A model generated the notes under the pieces. The model saw only the letters and a program-made list of their open reading frames with translations, had not been told where the DNA came from and searched no databases. From assembly GCA_963737155.1 (NCBI GenBank), contig CAVTRN010000001.1:1504001-1568000 (forward strand): DNA of 64,000 nucleotides. The letters are read 5' to 3'. Positions 41,097-50,357 of the stretch are shown piece by piece; within the stretch, counting starts at the first letter, position 1; every line of letters starts with the position of its first letter. Source of the DNA: Nitrospirota bacterium (GTDB lineage Bacteria > Nitrospirota > UBA9217). Position numbers and translations under genes: made by a program.

Positions 41097-42656
41097 CTAA
41101 GTTTCACATTTAAAATAGATATCACGTGGCAGGCTCTCCAGTGCCTGACATTCCCCCGCAAGGTAGAGGATTGAGGCATTTTGATGTATATATAGTGGAG
41201 ACAAAAAGCTTCGCTCACTAGTCCATCTGGTCAAAGAACGCCCTTTTTTTGCTCCACGATCTGAAATTGAAAACAACTGCTGATATTGGCGAGGTGCGAC
41301 TCCTGTATAAGCAAAGAAGACAACCTTACCTTCCTCCTCTTTACCATATAATGATTCTAACGTGATTTCCTCACGGTAGAGACCGCGCGCTCGGCTTTTG
41401 GGATATGGCTCCAAGTAAACGACTCTTCGAATGCCGGCAGCAATAATATGCTTTGCACAATTGTGGCAAGGGAAGGTCGTGACATACATCGAATGACCGT
41501 CTACAGCGACGCCACTACGCGCTGCGTCGATCAATGCAGTCATTTCTGCGTGCACAGGACGGCTGAATTCGCCAATATCGAGGAATTGTGTTCCTTTGAG
41601 TTCCTTCAATAGACTGTCAGCAAGGTCTCTCGTGGGTTCTATAGCGACCGCCTCTTGCAACCACTTTTTTTGAATAATTTTCTCGATCAATTCAGTCAAA
41701 ACGCTGATCTTAATTTCAGCGGCGCGATTTATGCCCTGCTGAAGAAGATTCTGGTCTCGCAAATCGGGGGAGTTCTGATCCCAGTAAAAACCACCACCGC
41801 GCGGGACTTCATTCATTCCAACTGCTATGATATTTGTGTTCCTAGTTTTGTAGTCGTCGCGAGTGAGACTGACGATAACAGCCCCCACCTGTCGGCTATC
41901 GTCTGAGGACCGGAGTGATACTGCATTTGCTTGGTACATTGTATATTCATCGGGTTTTGGCGTGTGGAAGGGATGGCCGAAGAGCAGATCCACAAATCTT
42001 CGAACTTCATATTCCCCCTTATCAATTCCCAGGTTGGCAAAAAAATCTGCTTAAGGGTAGGTATCGCGAACATTCTGCCCGAAATCATCATCTTGTTTTT
42101 CGTCGATTGAGGTTAGTCAGATGCTTTGGCTTCAAAGCGATCCTCCTTGCCAGCTTGGTACGCTTTTAGTGCCATACGCCGCTGAAGCTCTTCTTTACGC
42201 TGGACGCGAGCCGCATGCCCTGCGATAAGAAGAAAGGAAGCCCCATACACGTGGCGTAGCAGATCGACCTCGTCGGGATGTTTCAGCTGGTGCAGAATAT
42301 ACGCATGCGCCGGTGCGGGCTTATCAGGCTTCCTGAAATTTTACCCCTTTCAGTTCGAATTTCTGCTATACCTGCTAGTGCTAAGGCATCGCCCCTGTGA
42401 AGCCGCTTTCTAAATGCATTGCCCATATTCTGCAGATGCATTATCCGTTCGCCTTCGCCTATTCCCGTTTGATTGACCCAGCCGGTAAAATGAAGTAATA
42501 GGTGAGAGAGCCGAATTTCCACGGCCTGATACCCGAAGATCAACAGCTCCTCCCTGAGCTCACGTGACAATTCATTCAACCGCGTACCTGCGGCGCCGCC
42601 GAGCGCAAAAAAAGTTCGGGTTTATGATTTGATAAAGATAAATTAACGGAGCTCAT
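41097..42656 (-). pseudogene. Anti-phage dCTP deaminase-like gene (P-loop-kinase-like plus deaminase), disrupted
   Basis: ATG 42656 overlaps the upstream stop; PELF..GGAAGT, QLKHPDEV, FGQNVRDTYP, VHAE, TTFPCHNCAKH, YLEPYPKS; three -1 frameshifts (~42610, ~42328, ~42115) and an in-frame TAA (~42052). Confidence 0.88.
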
Positions 42657-43003
42657 ATTTCGTTCCTCCCATGAATCCATTTAATGCGTCCGTTCCGAAT
42701 AAAATAATGACATCGTAGTTTGGAATCCCGATAATCGATACTCGGAGAGATGGTAAGAGAATCTTGTATATTTATTGACCAATATGGCCACCGGTTTTTG
42801 TCGGTGTTCAGCATGATACGGTGCCCATTTTGGCACGGACAGTCAAAGGCAATCCATTTCGGGTTTGAAAGCGCTCCAACTAAGATTGCGCCATTACGTG
42901 GCAACCGCAGCGGAATTTCGTCAGCTGACTCTATCACCCCGACAATTCGCCACCCATGGATGGGAAGCCATTGCCACCATGAAATCTTTAAGACGTTGGC
43001 CAT
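42653..43003 (-). CDS. DUF6527-family protein
   Basis: FDCPCxxG, TISPSI, CHYFIRNGRIKW. Confidence 0.85.
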   Translation of the reverse strand: MANVLKISWWQWLPIHGWRIVGVIESADEIPLRLPRNGAILVGALSNPKWIAFDCPCQNGHRIMLNTDKNRWPYWSINIQDSLTISPSIDYRDSKLRCHYFIRNGRIKWIHGRNEI

Positions 43004-44376
43004 GTTTGCTCCAAAAACGGCTGTGTCATGCCGATTCCCAGCTTACCCGTAGAAGGATGACAATAATGACCTATCCGAGGTTGCGCAATATTGGTCGAAA
43101 TTTCACGTTCGTGACAGCGCATCAACACTTCGCTCGGACGTGGCTCAGGCCCATAACCGATCAAGCGTTCCAACAACTCGCTTACCGCCGTAGCGCTTAC
43201 GAGCGTTGTAAACGTTACAACAGCCGGCTCTGTTTGCGCCAGTGCAGGTGCGTAACCCTCACCTTCTCGGCGCACTCGTTCATCCGGAGTGAGCAGTTCT
43301 GCGCCTGCGCGGGCGAAATCGATCCGGTCACGGCAGATAAGACAGGCATGTCCAGGAGAGAGAATCGTGACGCGGCCGTCGATACCCGTCAATTGACCAC
43401 TTTCATCGCTGCTTAAAAGTACGCCGCAATCAATTATGGGCGTTAGTAGATAGGTTGCAAGGCGAGATAGCACCAAACGACCCGCATTGTCATCAGTGCA
43501 GCCAAAGACCACATCACACCCAATCAGACTGCGTGCAGCTGATTCTAACGTGACCATTGATTGTACTGTTTCACAACGGAGGTTCGGAGCAATCCGCATG
43601 AGATGTCGATTCAGTATCTGCACTTTTGGTTTTCCGATGTCCGATATAGTTGAGCCATACACTCGCGTTAGATTGCTTTCGGAGAGATCGTCAGGATCCA
43701 CAAGGGTGAGATTCCTGACTCCTAGACGAAGAAGTTGCTCGGCAACAGCTGAACCTGTGCCGCCACACCCGACAATCCCGATAGCAAAATCGCCGAGTGT
43801 TTGTTGGACGGCGGCTCCAAAAGCTCGTACATTCCTGTCGAAAATGGGGGATAGCTGAGGCAGTGAGGAATCATACGCTCGGACTAGTCGCCACCGATTT
43901 CCGACTTGCCATAATCGTTCAATTTGCAATGCGTCGCAACGTTCACGCTGCAAATATCCCGTAAAAAACAAATCGGAAGAATGCAACGAAAAAATTAGTG
44001 TCCCATAATATGGGCTGCCTGAGCGGAGACGAAAGAGGTCAGCGATTTCTCTATCCACAATGTGATCATGTTCGCTGGGTCGCGGCGTTGCGTCCTGACC
44101 AGGGTGCGTATGAACCCAAATGCAGGCGGCACCAAGAGTCTCAGCCTCAGCTAACGCATGTACATAACCTTCTGATCGAATCGTTAGCCCATACTGTTCC
44201 CTCCGGCTATAGGCTTCTTCTCCCACCCATCGCATGCAGCGCGCAAGGAGCCTAATATCGCCGTTTGGGGCCTCGGCAACACCTGCCAACATTACGCCTG
44301 CTGTTTCCTTCGGAAGGCTCGTAATCGATAGAATATCTTCTGCTATATCTTGAGGAATTACGACAGATACCGTCAT
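42988..44376 (-). CDS. JAB peptidase-E1 (ThiF) fusion, BubCD-like
   Basis: JAB E...HTHP...SEHD; E1 GCGGTG, D...SNLTR, CTD, CLIC. Confidence 0.9.
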   Translation of the reverse strand: MTVSVVIPQDIAEDILSITSLPKETAGVMLAGVAEAPNGDIRLLARCMRWVGEEAYSRREQYGLTIRSEGYVHALAEAETLGAACIWVHTHPGQDATPRPSEHDHIVDREIADLFRLRSGSPYYGTLIFSLHSSDLFFTGYLQRERCDALQIERLWQVGNRWRLVRAYDSSLPQLSPIFDRNVRAFGAAVQQTLGDFAIGIVGCGGTGSAVAEQLLRLGVRNLTLVDPDDLSESNLTRVYGSTISDIGKPKVQILNRHLMRIAPNLRCETVQSMVTLESAARSLIGCDVVFGCTDDNAGRLVLSRLATYLLTPIIDCGVLLSSDESGQLTGIDGRVTILSPGHACLICRDRIDFARAGAELLTPDERVRREGEGYAPALAQTEPAVVTFTTLVSATAVSELLERLIGYGPEPRPSEVLMRCHEREISTNIAQPRIGHYCHPSTGKLGIGMTQPFLEQTWPTS

Positions 44377-44773
44377 TTGGCTGACCCCTGAACAGATTTT
44401 TCAAGATCTTTGCGCAGTAGAGCAATAAAGCTTTCAAGACCGTCAACGCCCGATCGCCACTGTCCAGCTGGAAGATGACGAGACCATCGCTGCCAGCTGC
44501 GGCCTAAATAATGCTCGATCACTTCCGTCGCCTGGATAGGCCGACCATCTGCCCTACGAACAGGAGGATCAAACCACCACATGTCTGGGGGCACATCAGG
44601 GTATCCGGGCTTAAGTCGAAGTAAAAGATCCGATTTATCGCGATCGAAACCCGCAGGTAGTTGATAATCTTTAAAAACTATACACGTCATATTCGCCTCA
44701 GACATGAGGGTATGACTACCATTGCCGACACGATCCGTCAGATACTTTGTGTCATCGGGGGTAATAATGTCAT
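44373..44773 (-). CDS. Prokaryotic E2-like protein (BubB-like); N-terminus shifted by a -1 in a C5 run
   Basis: LKPGYPDVPPDMWW, WQRWSRH; adding one C at 44757-44761 gives MTLLPPDDTKYL; otherwise the ORF starts at 44705. Confidence 0.85.
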
Positions 44774-44788
44774 GATTTCCATTTGACT

Positions 44789-45169
44789 TTATGCTCCTGG
44801 ATTGATTTGCGTCGGCGCTGTGAAAAAACGAAGCCCATTCCGTATCTCTACTATATCCTGGTCGCCTATTTTCCGATCAGTGCCCCCGGGCACTACTTCG
44901 AAGAGATCGCGGTCATGTCCTACAGGCGGCGCAGGCAGTGCGCGCAGTTGCAATCCAGTCATTTGTGTTGCCTCGACTTTATAAGACTTACGGTCAATCT
45001 GAATTTCGAATTGGGTCTCATGGTGGTGATGATCCTCTGCCTCCTTAATTTCCTGGAGTGCCTCATCGATCTCATGCTCCGCCGTATCTTCGGCGGCTCT
45101 TGCGACCTTTAAGTCTGCTTCCGCCTTTTTAAGATGTTCCTCTGCCTGCTCAATTATTTTATCTTCCAT
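44789..45169 (-). CDS. Ubiquitin-like (multiubiquitin-domain) protein with N-terminal coiled coil, BubA-like
   Basis: SD AAGGAG; acidic coiled coil, His4, FEIQID...MTGLQLR...FFTAPTQINPG-A. Confidence 0.85.
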   Translation of the reverse strand: MEDKIIEQAEEHLKKAEADLKVARAAEDTAEHEIDEALQEIKEAEDHHHHETQFEIQIDRKSYKVEATQMTGLQLRALPAPPVGHDRDLFEVVPGGTDRKIGDQDIVEIRNGLRFFTAPTQINPGA

Positions 45170-45296
45170 TTCATACTCCTTATTAAATTGCAATTTTATT
45201 TTGTGGTTTGATAGTTTAAACGTAAAATCGATAATAATGCAAACAGTAAGTAATCACTATTCACGAACACGATAAAACGTAACCATTGAACGAATC

Positions 45297-45404
45297 TCAG
45301 CTCTCATTCAGCACGATCAAGGCCATCTTCATGTTGGCTATCAATTTCGTGTCCGCCTCCGGAAATAATTTGCCAAGTCAGGTGATGCAAAGTGAATTGT
45401 TCAT
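45297..45404 (-). pseudogene. Small leader gene of the Ubl operon with internal TGA
   Basis: SD AGGAGG; MNNSLCIT*LGKLFPEADTKLIANMKM... Confidence 0.35.
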
Positions 45405-45458
45405 TTTTTTATTACCTCCTAAATTATAGTTTCGGTCAGTTTTATTCGACCATGATTT

Positions 45459-45530
45459 AGTATCGCAGATACTGCTAAGTTTGTCAAGCAATTAATTTAT
45501 ATCAAGCATTTACTTATTTTGCTTGATAAA
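45459..45530. promoter_or_regulatory. Divergent promoter and candidate HTH operator
   Basis: Minus-strand TTGACA(45482-87)-17nt-GATACT with TG extension; palindrome TATCAAGCA-N11-TGCTTGATA (45500-45528) and an extra TCAAGCA half-site over the -35. Confidence 0.65.
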
Positions 45531-45591
45531 TTGAGCATAGTAGGTTAAAATTTTCCACAAGAAGAAATTGAATGTCCAGAGAGGAGCCATT

Positions 45592-45969
45592 ATGAAAGTG
45601 GAAGAAAAAGAGCGTACTACAATGACTCTCGGCGGATATCTATACAATCAACGACAGCGAAAGAAAATGACGCTCCGAGAGGTTGAGGAGGCTACAGAAC
45701 GTGCTGTCTCCAATGCATACTTAAGTCAATTGGAAAACAACAAGATAGTGAAACCATCGCCGAATATACTTTTCAGTCTTTCTTCAGTTTACGGTATCCC
45801 TTATGCGACTCTTATGGAAAAAGCTGGATATATTTCGGATATGACTGACCGCCAGACGGGTAGACACGGGCGCGTTGCCACTTTTGCAGATGAGAAACTC
45901 ACTCAAGAGGAGGAGGAGATCCTCTTAGAATACCTCGCTTTTTTAAGAAATCGTAGAGATAAAAAGTGA
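45592..45969 (+). CDS. XRE HTH repressor, CapH-like
   Basis: MTLREVE...VSNAYLSQLEN; divergent from the Ubl operon. Confidence 0.88.
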   Translation: MKVEEKERTTMTLGGYLYNQRQRKKMTLREVEEATERAVSNAYLSQLENNKIVKPSPNILFSLSSVYGIPYATLMEKAGYISDMTDRQTGRHGRVATFADEKLTQEEEEILLEYLAFLRNRRDKK

Positions 45970-46883
45970 TAAAACGAGACGACTCTTATTTACCACCTGA
46001 CAGGCTCACCGCCGTCAAGAAAGAAGCCAATCGCGCATTAAGAAATGCGGATGCTTATGGTGTGTTTCCCACGCCTATAGAACAAATTTTTGAGATGGCA
46101 AAAGTCGACCTGGCTCCAGAAGACGCTTTCCATACTGGCCTTGTTCGTAGATTTAGAAATAAATTCGGCGATACTCTCAGACGTGCATTATCAAAAGTTA
46201 GTGGAATATTTGACGTCGCAGGACGCATAATCTACGTCGATCAGACCCTCCATGCGGTCAAACAAACCTTTCTCAAATTGCACGAAATCGCGCATTCCTT
46301 TATGCCATGGCAGCGCAACCTGTATTCAGCAATAGAAGATTGTAAAAAAACAATAGAATCAGAACAAGCTGATGCTTTTGATCGGGAGGCGAATGTCTTT
46401 GCTAGCGAAGTATTATTTCAAGGCAATCATTTTATGGAAGAAGCAGCAGACTGTACTTTTGGAATATTGACACCTGTTAATCTCAGCAAAAAATATGGCG
46501 CTTCGATTTATGCAGCAGTCCGCCGATATGTACGAACAAATCCCCGAGCCTGCGCCGTTCTTGTTATTAATAGTCCTATTTTAGCAGAAGTCGATGGATT
46601 CATAGCTACTCTTCGAAGGGTAGAAATGTCGGAAACTTTTTTACTACAATTTGGCAACATTGCGTTCGCGGAACAATTTACGCCTGATGATCAGATAGGC
46701 GCTATGATCCCGATAGAAAAACGAAGAATGACAAGACCACGTATTATTCTTCTTGAAGATATTAATGGAGCAACTCATGAATGTGTTGCAGAAGCATTCA
46801 CTCAGACATATCAGATTTTTATCTTAATTTGTCCCAAATTGAGTTTAACTCGTAAATCAATAGTCGTGCCGCCTTTCAAATAA
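45966..46883 (+). CDS. ImmA/IrrE-family metallopeptidase, CapP-like
   Basis: HEIAH; EANVFASEVL; overlaps the HTH stop. Confidence 0.88.
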   Translation: MIKRDDSYLPPDRLTAVKKEANRALRNADAYGVFPTPIEQIFEMAKVDLAPEDAFHTGLVRRFRNKFGDTLRRALSKVSGIFDVAGRIIYVDQTLHAVKQTFLKLHEIAHSFMPWQRNLYSAIEDCKKTIESEQADAFDREANVFASEVLFQGNHFMEEAADCTFGILTPVNLSKKYGASIYAAVRRYVRTNPRACAVLVINSPILAEVDGFIATLRRVEMSETFLLQFGNIAFAEQFTPDDQIGAMIPIEKRRMTRPRIILLEDINGATHECVAEAFTQTYQIFILICPKLSLTRKSIVVPPFK

Positions 46884-46913
46884 ATGTCATGTGAGGTCTC
46901 CTTTTTTTATGAC

Positions 46914-47366
46914 TTACGGTTTTTTCGCATCTTCGGCCCGTACCGAGTACGCAAGCATGCGTGCAAAACGGTCGCGATCTAATTCGGCGTTCCCGGTACT
47001 ATACGTGTCGTCTTTCTTGTGCTGAGCCTTGTATTTCTGCCAGAACTTCAATACCTGTTCGGTAATATCGATGGAGTCTGTATTTAACTTTCGCACCTTA
47101 TTGCGGAGAACGAGAGCGTTTATCTCCGACTCGATAGCAACGTATTGATCGACGAACTTGGCATATTGGCGATTCTGTCCATCTGTTTCCAGAAGATTTC
47201 CGTAAAAATGGTCAACCAACTTTGCACATTCAAACGTTGTGCGCTGGGTATCTGCATCATAGGGCGCAATAAGTTGCACACTACATCCAGTGATAAATGT
47301 GATGGACGTGAAAAACAACAAAAACAATAGCGGATATTGGCGAGAGCACTTTGCTTTAGTTTGCAT
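46914..47366 (-). CDS. Lipoprotein, hypothetical
   Basis: Lipobox ITGC; SD AAGGAG. Confidence 0.75.
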   Translation of the reverse strand: MQTKAKCSRQYPLLFLLFFTSITFITGCSVQLIAPYDADTQRTTFECAKLVDHFYGNLLETDGQNRQYAKFVDQYVAIESEINALVLRNKVRKLNTDSIDITEQVLKFWQKYKAQHKKDDTYSTGNAELDRDRFARMLAYSVRAEDAKKP

Positions 47367-47491
47367 GTAAGTATCTCCTTAATCAACGCTTAAACCTTCT
47401 GCAGATTGCAAATATCGTTAAAATGCCCGCGGAAAACATTTATCGTTTGGGGGGAATAGTCCTGTAGGCATTCTCGATCTGTGAAACGCAA

Positions 47492-48259
47492 TCAACCATC
47501 TATACCGGCATAATAATTGTAAAACTGCTTAGCTGTTCGTCCGCTTTTACAAGCTCTTAACAGCGAGAACATTCTAGCGGCTTCATGTAGCTTGCTTCTA
47601 TCCCCCCTGTAATTTGGGAAATAACTGTCGATGATTCTCAGGTAGCCTTCCATGTCTGCTTGATAGAACGATAACCAAAGCCCAAACCTATCTGACAACG
47701 ATATCTTTTCTTCAACAGAATCTGTATAATGCAATTCTCCATCAACAATACTTGTCTCTATGTTGTCTTTCATGTGTTCAGGTACTAGATGCCTACGATT
47801 AGAAGTTGCATATAGCAAAACATTGTTTGGTGGCTGCTCGATGGATCCTTCAAGCACGGTCTTCAGGGCAATATATGAGTTCTCATTTTCATCAAAGGAA
47901 AGATCATCGCAGTAAATAATAAATCTTTGCGGAAGTTCTCTTATGTCGTCAACTATGTAAGGTAAATTATACAAATCATTCTTCGATACTTCAATCAAAC
48001 GTAATCCATTTAATTTATATTCGTTCAGTATTGCCTTAATTAGTGATGATTTTCCTGTACCTCTCGCTCCCCACAATAATGCATTGTTGGCCGGCTTGCA
48101 GGAAAGAAATCGCTTTGTATTATTTACCAATTCTTCTTTCTGGTTTTCAATTCCAATCAAGGCAGCTAGAGTAATGGGGTCTATGGCCTTTACAGGACGA
48201 AGCTTACCTTGTTGTTGTCTCCATACAGCTGCATTTATTTGAGACCAGTCTATATCCAT
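47492..48259 (-). CDS. DUF815-family AAA+ ATPase (intact, AT-rich copy)
   Basis: LLWGARGTGKSS, DDLSF, YATSNRRHL, EEKISLSDRFGL, SGRTA. Confidence 0.92.
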   Translation of the reverse strand: MDIDWSQINAAVWRQQQGKLRPVKAIDPITLAALIGIENQKEELVNNTKRFLSCKPANNALLWGARGTGKSSLIKAILNEYKLNGLRLIEVSKNDLYNLPYIVDDIRELPQRFIIYCDDLSFDENENSYIALKTVLEGSIEQPPNNVLLYATSNRRHLVPEHMKDNIETSIVDGELHYTDSVEEKISLSDRFGLWLSFYQADMEGYLRIIDSYFPNYRGDRSKLHEAARMFSLLRACKSGRTAKQFYNYYAGIDG

Positions 48260-48519
48260 AAAAAAATTCCCTCCCACGAAGAGCAAATCATTGTTGATCC
48301 ATGGTCAGTAGCAAGCAATCTAGGATCTGTTTAGCATCGGATTAAAGTTTTGGACATTTGTCATTCATTAGCCCCTTTTCGGGAAAGCTTGATGATTATA
48401 ACGATCTGGCTCTTGCGCTTAATAAGGGTGTTTAAGGCCACCTTACTCTTCCGGAAGATAAAATCAACATGCCAAGAATAATTTCCTTAAAGAGGAAAGA
48501 GTAGTCAAATCGACTGCGC

Positions 48520-48918
48520 TCAACTCTTGCCTTTTCCTGTCTCTTGGCCTGCGCTCTCGATCAAAGAACCCGGTGCGTTGAGAAATGTCTGGTTGACTTG
48601 GGAAAATAGCTGTGTACTGGCCCCCTCGCTGCTGTCTCGGTCCAGTTCCCCTGCTGATTTATAGACAAGCTCCATAACTCTCGCGGCATCAGATGCCTTC
48701 ACACGAGTATCGGTAACAATACATCCGTCCTTGTCTTTCTCTCCAAGGAATCCGGTCATGATCTTCTCGGCGCATTTTGACGCGAGCCTGAGCTTACGAG
48801 GATGGGCTAGACTCTCCTTCCGCAGCTTCGGTAACACTCGTGACACAGATTTAGGGTGATAATCTAGGGCTTTTGCTATTGCGGAATGAGAAAAGCCGTT
48901 CTCTTCAAGTACCAACAT
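48520..48918 (-). CDS. HTH-containing hypothetical protein (phage-like)
   Basis: FSHSAIAKALDYHPKSVSR HTH-like segment. Confidence 0.45.
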   Translation of the reverse strand: MLVLEENGFSHSAIAKALDYHPKSVSRVLPKLRKESLAHPRKLRLASKCAEKIMTGFLGEKDKDGCIVTDTRVKASDAARVMELVYKSAGELDRDSSEGASTQLFSQVNQTFLNAPGSLIESAGQETGKGKS

Positions 48919-49049
48919 AGCGGCCCGTTTTATTGCGCTTTCCGGCTTCCTTCCGGTGATTTTATGTGGTTTTTCTATAGGTTCTAAAGTATCGATATTT
49001 TCTCCGCGTATAAGCCAAATTTATCTTGCCCATACTGGTACAAGACAAC

Positions 49050-49970
49050 TTACGGCTTCTGTGCAATAGTTAGAGCCAAGGATGCCTCCCTCTGAAATCC
49101 TTTCGGTAAGCCGTTCATCTGAATGCCTGTGTAATCGCTGCTCAATAATTCGATAGCCCCATGAAATTCCTTCACCCTAAGTTTTTTGCGGAGTTCCCTA
49201 TTAGATTCAACGACCTTCTGATAGTAATCAACCAAAGTTCGACCCAAGTTGTTCGCGGTCACGAGATAAAGCATATGATCGCCCGTAGAGCCGAAATACG
49301 CGTCTATTTCCCAAATTCGTTCCCCGGCTGGTTGGAAGAGGCCAGGCTGCGGCCAGCAAAGGCCTCCGTGGAATATAAGTAAGTAGTTGTTTGTTCCGGG
49401 TTCGTTGATGCACTTGACACGAATAGTTTGCTTGCAATCTTTGCCCGTCTCGTAAATCTTTAGGCTGTCGCCATTCTTTGGACTGATGATAGTCGCCCCG
49501 AGGGTCTCCTGGGATCGGATAAAGGCGGCATTCTGGGAGCGAATCTTCATCGCAAGATCATGCGGGAAGAGAGCAACCTCGACGCCGCGATGCTGAAGTT
49601 TCCACAACCCCTTACCTGTCACGCCTTGATTGGGGTCCAGGATCCCCACGAAAACTTTCCTGATTTCGTTCTGCAGGATCAATTCGGTACAACACTCCAA
49701 TCCTCTCGTTCGGACCTCCGGTGTGCATGGTTCAAGTGTGGTGTATAGTGTCGCTTTCGGCAGCTGAGTCCTATCCTTGACGCCTTTAAGGGCAACGTGC
49801 TCTGCGTGGTCATCGTCGCCTTCTATCCCTGTTCCTCGACGACCGCGTCCAATCACTGTGTCGCCGATAGCAATAACGGCGCCGACTTTTGGGATGCTTT
49901 CCTTGCTCGGGCTGCATTTGTCTGCCCAGTCTATCGCCTCATTCATCAATTTGATGTCAACATTCTCCAT
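49050..49970 (-). CDS. Cytidine-deaminase-fold (RibD-N-like) protein with extra C-terminal domain
   Basis: PKVGAVI, HAE, YTTLEPC-x9-C, DPN; no RibD reductase domain. Confidence 0.8.
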   Translation of the reverse strand: MENVDIKLMNEAIDWADKCSPSKESIPKVGAVIAIGDTVIGRGRRGTGIEGDDDHAEHVALKGVKDRTQLPKATLYTTLEPCTPEVRTRGLECCTELILQNEIRKVFVGILDPNQGVTGKGLWKLQHRGVEVALFPHDLAMKIRSQNAAFIRSQETLGATIISPKNGDSLKIYETGKDCKQTIRVKCINEPGTNNYLLIFHGGLCWPQPGLFQPAGERIWEIDAYFGSTGDHMLYLVTANNLGRTLVDYYQKVVESNRELRKKLRVKEFHGAIELLSSDYTGIQMNGLPKGFQREASLALTIAQKP

Positions 49971-50228
49971 GTTCTTCTCTCCCTGTCTACTCTAAATGAT
50001 TTTCAGCGCGCCCTGGCCAATGAAACAACCCGGCACTCTGGTCGCGAACAACTGGGTTACCATAAGTCCCCTCGTTCTACAGAAAGTACTCTTTGATTAA
50101 ACACTTTATCACAATGACATATTTCAATCAGTAAATTAGCATCAAGCTATTGGGTAGATTTTCTAAGATTCATCTATAAGCAGCGCAGCGGCGTTGACTA
50201 TAAATCAATGTAGAATGCGACTTGAAAA

Positions 50229-50288
50229 TTGAACGCGAGCGCGGGTTACGCGCCGCCTTTGATGCGTCGCTGTGGACCCGCTGGTACG
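50229..50288 (-). repeat. Degenerate attC-like site downstream of the NACHT gene
   Basis: Reverse complement CCAGCGGGTCCACAGCGACGC...GGCGCGTAACCCGC...GTTCAA, an imperfect palindrome. Confidence 0.45.
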
Positions 50289-50357
50289 AATCAGTGCGTC
50301 GAATGCTACGCTAATATGTTTTTGTCAACAAATGAGATTTGTCCCATCAATATCCTT

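Noticed and set aside
49050-49970. Riboflavin biosynthesis ribD
   Set aside because: No reductase domain and no rib genes nearby.
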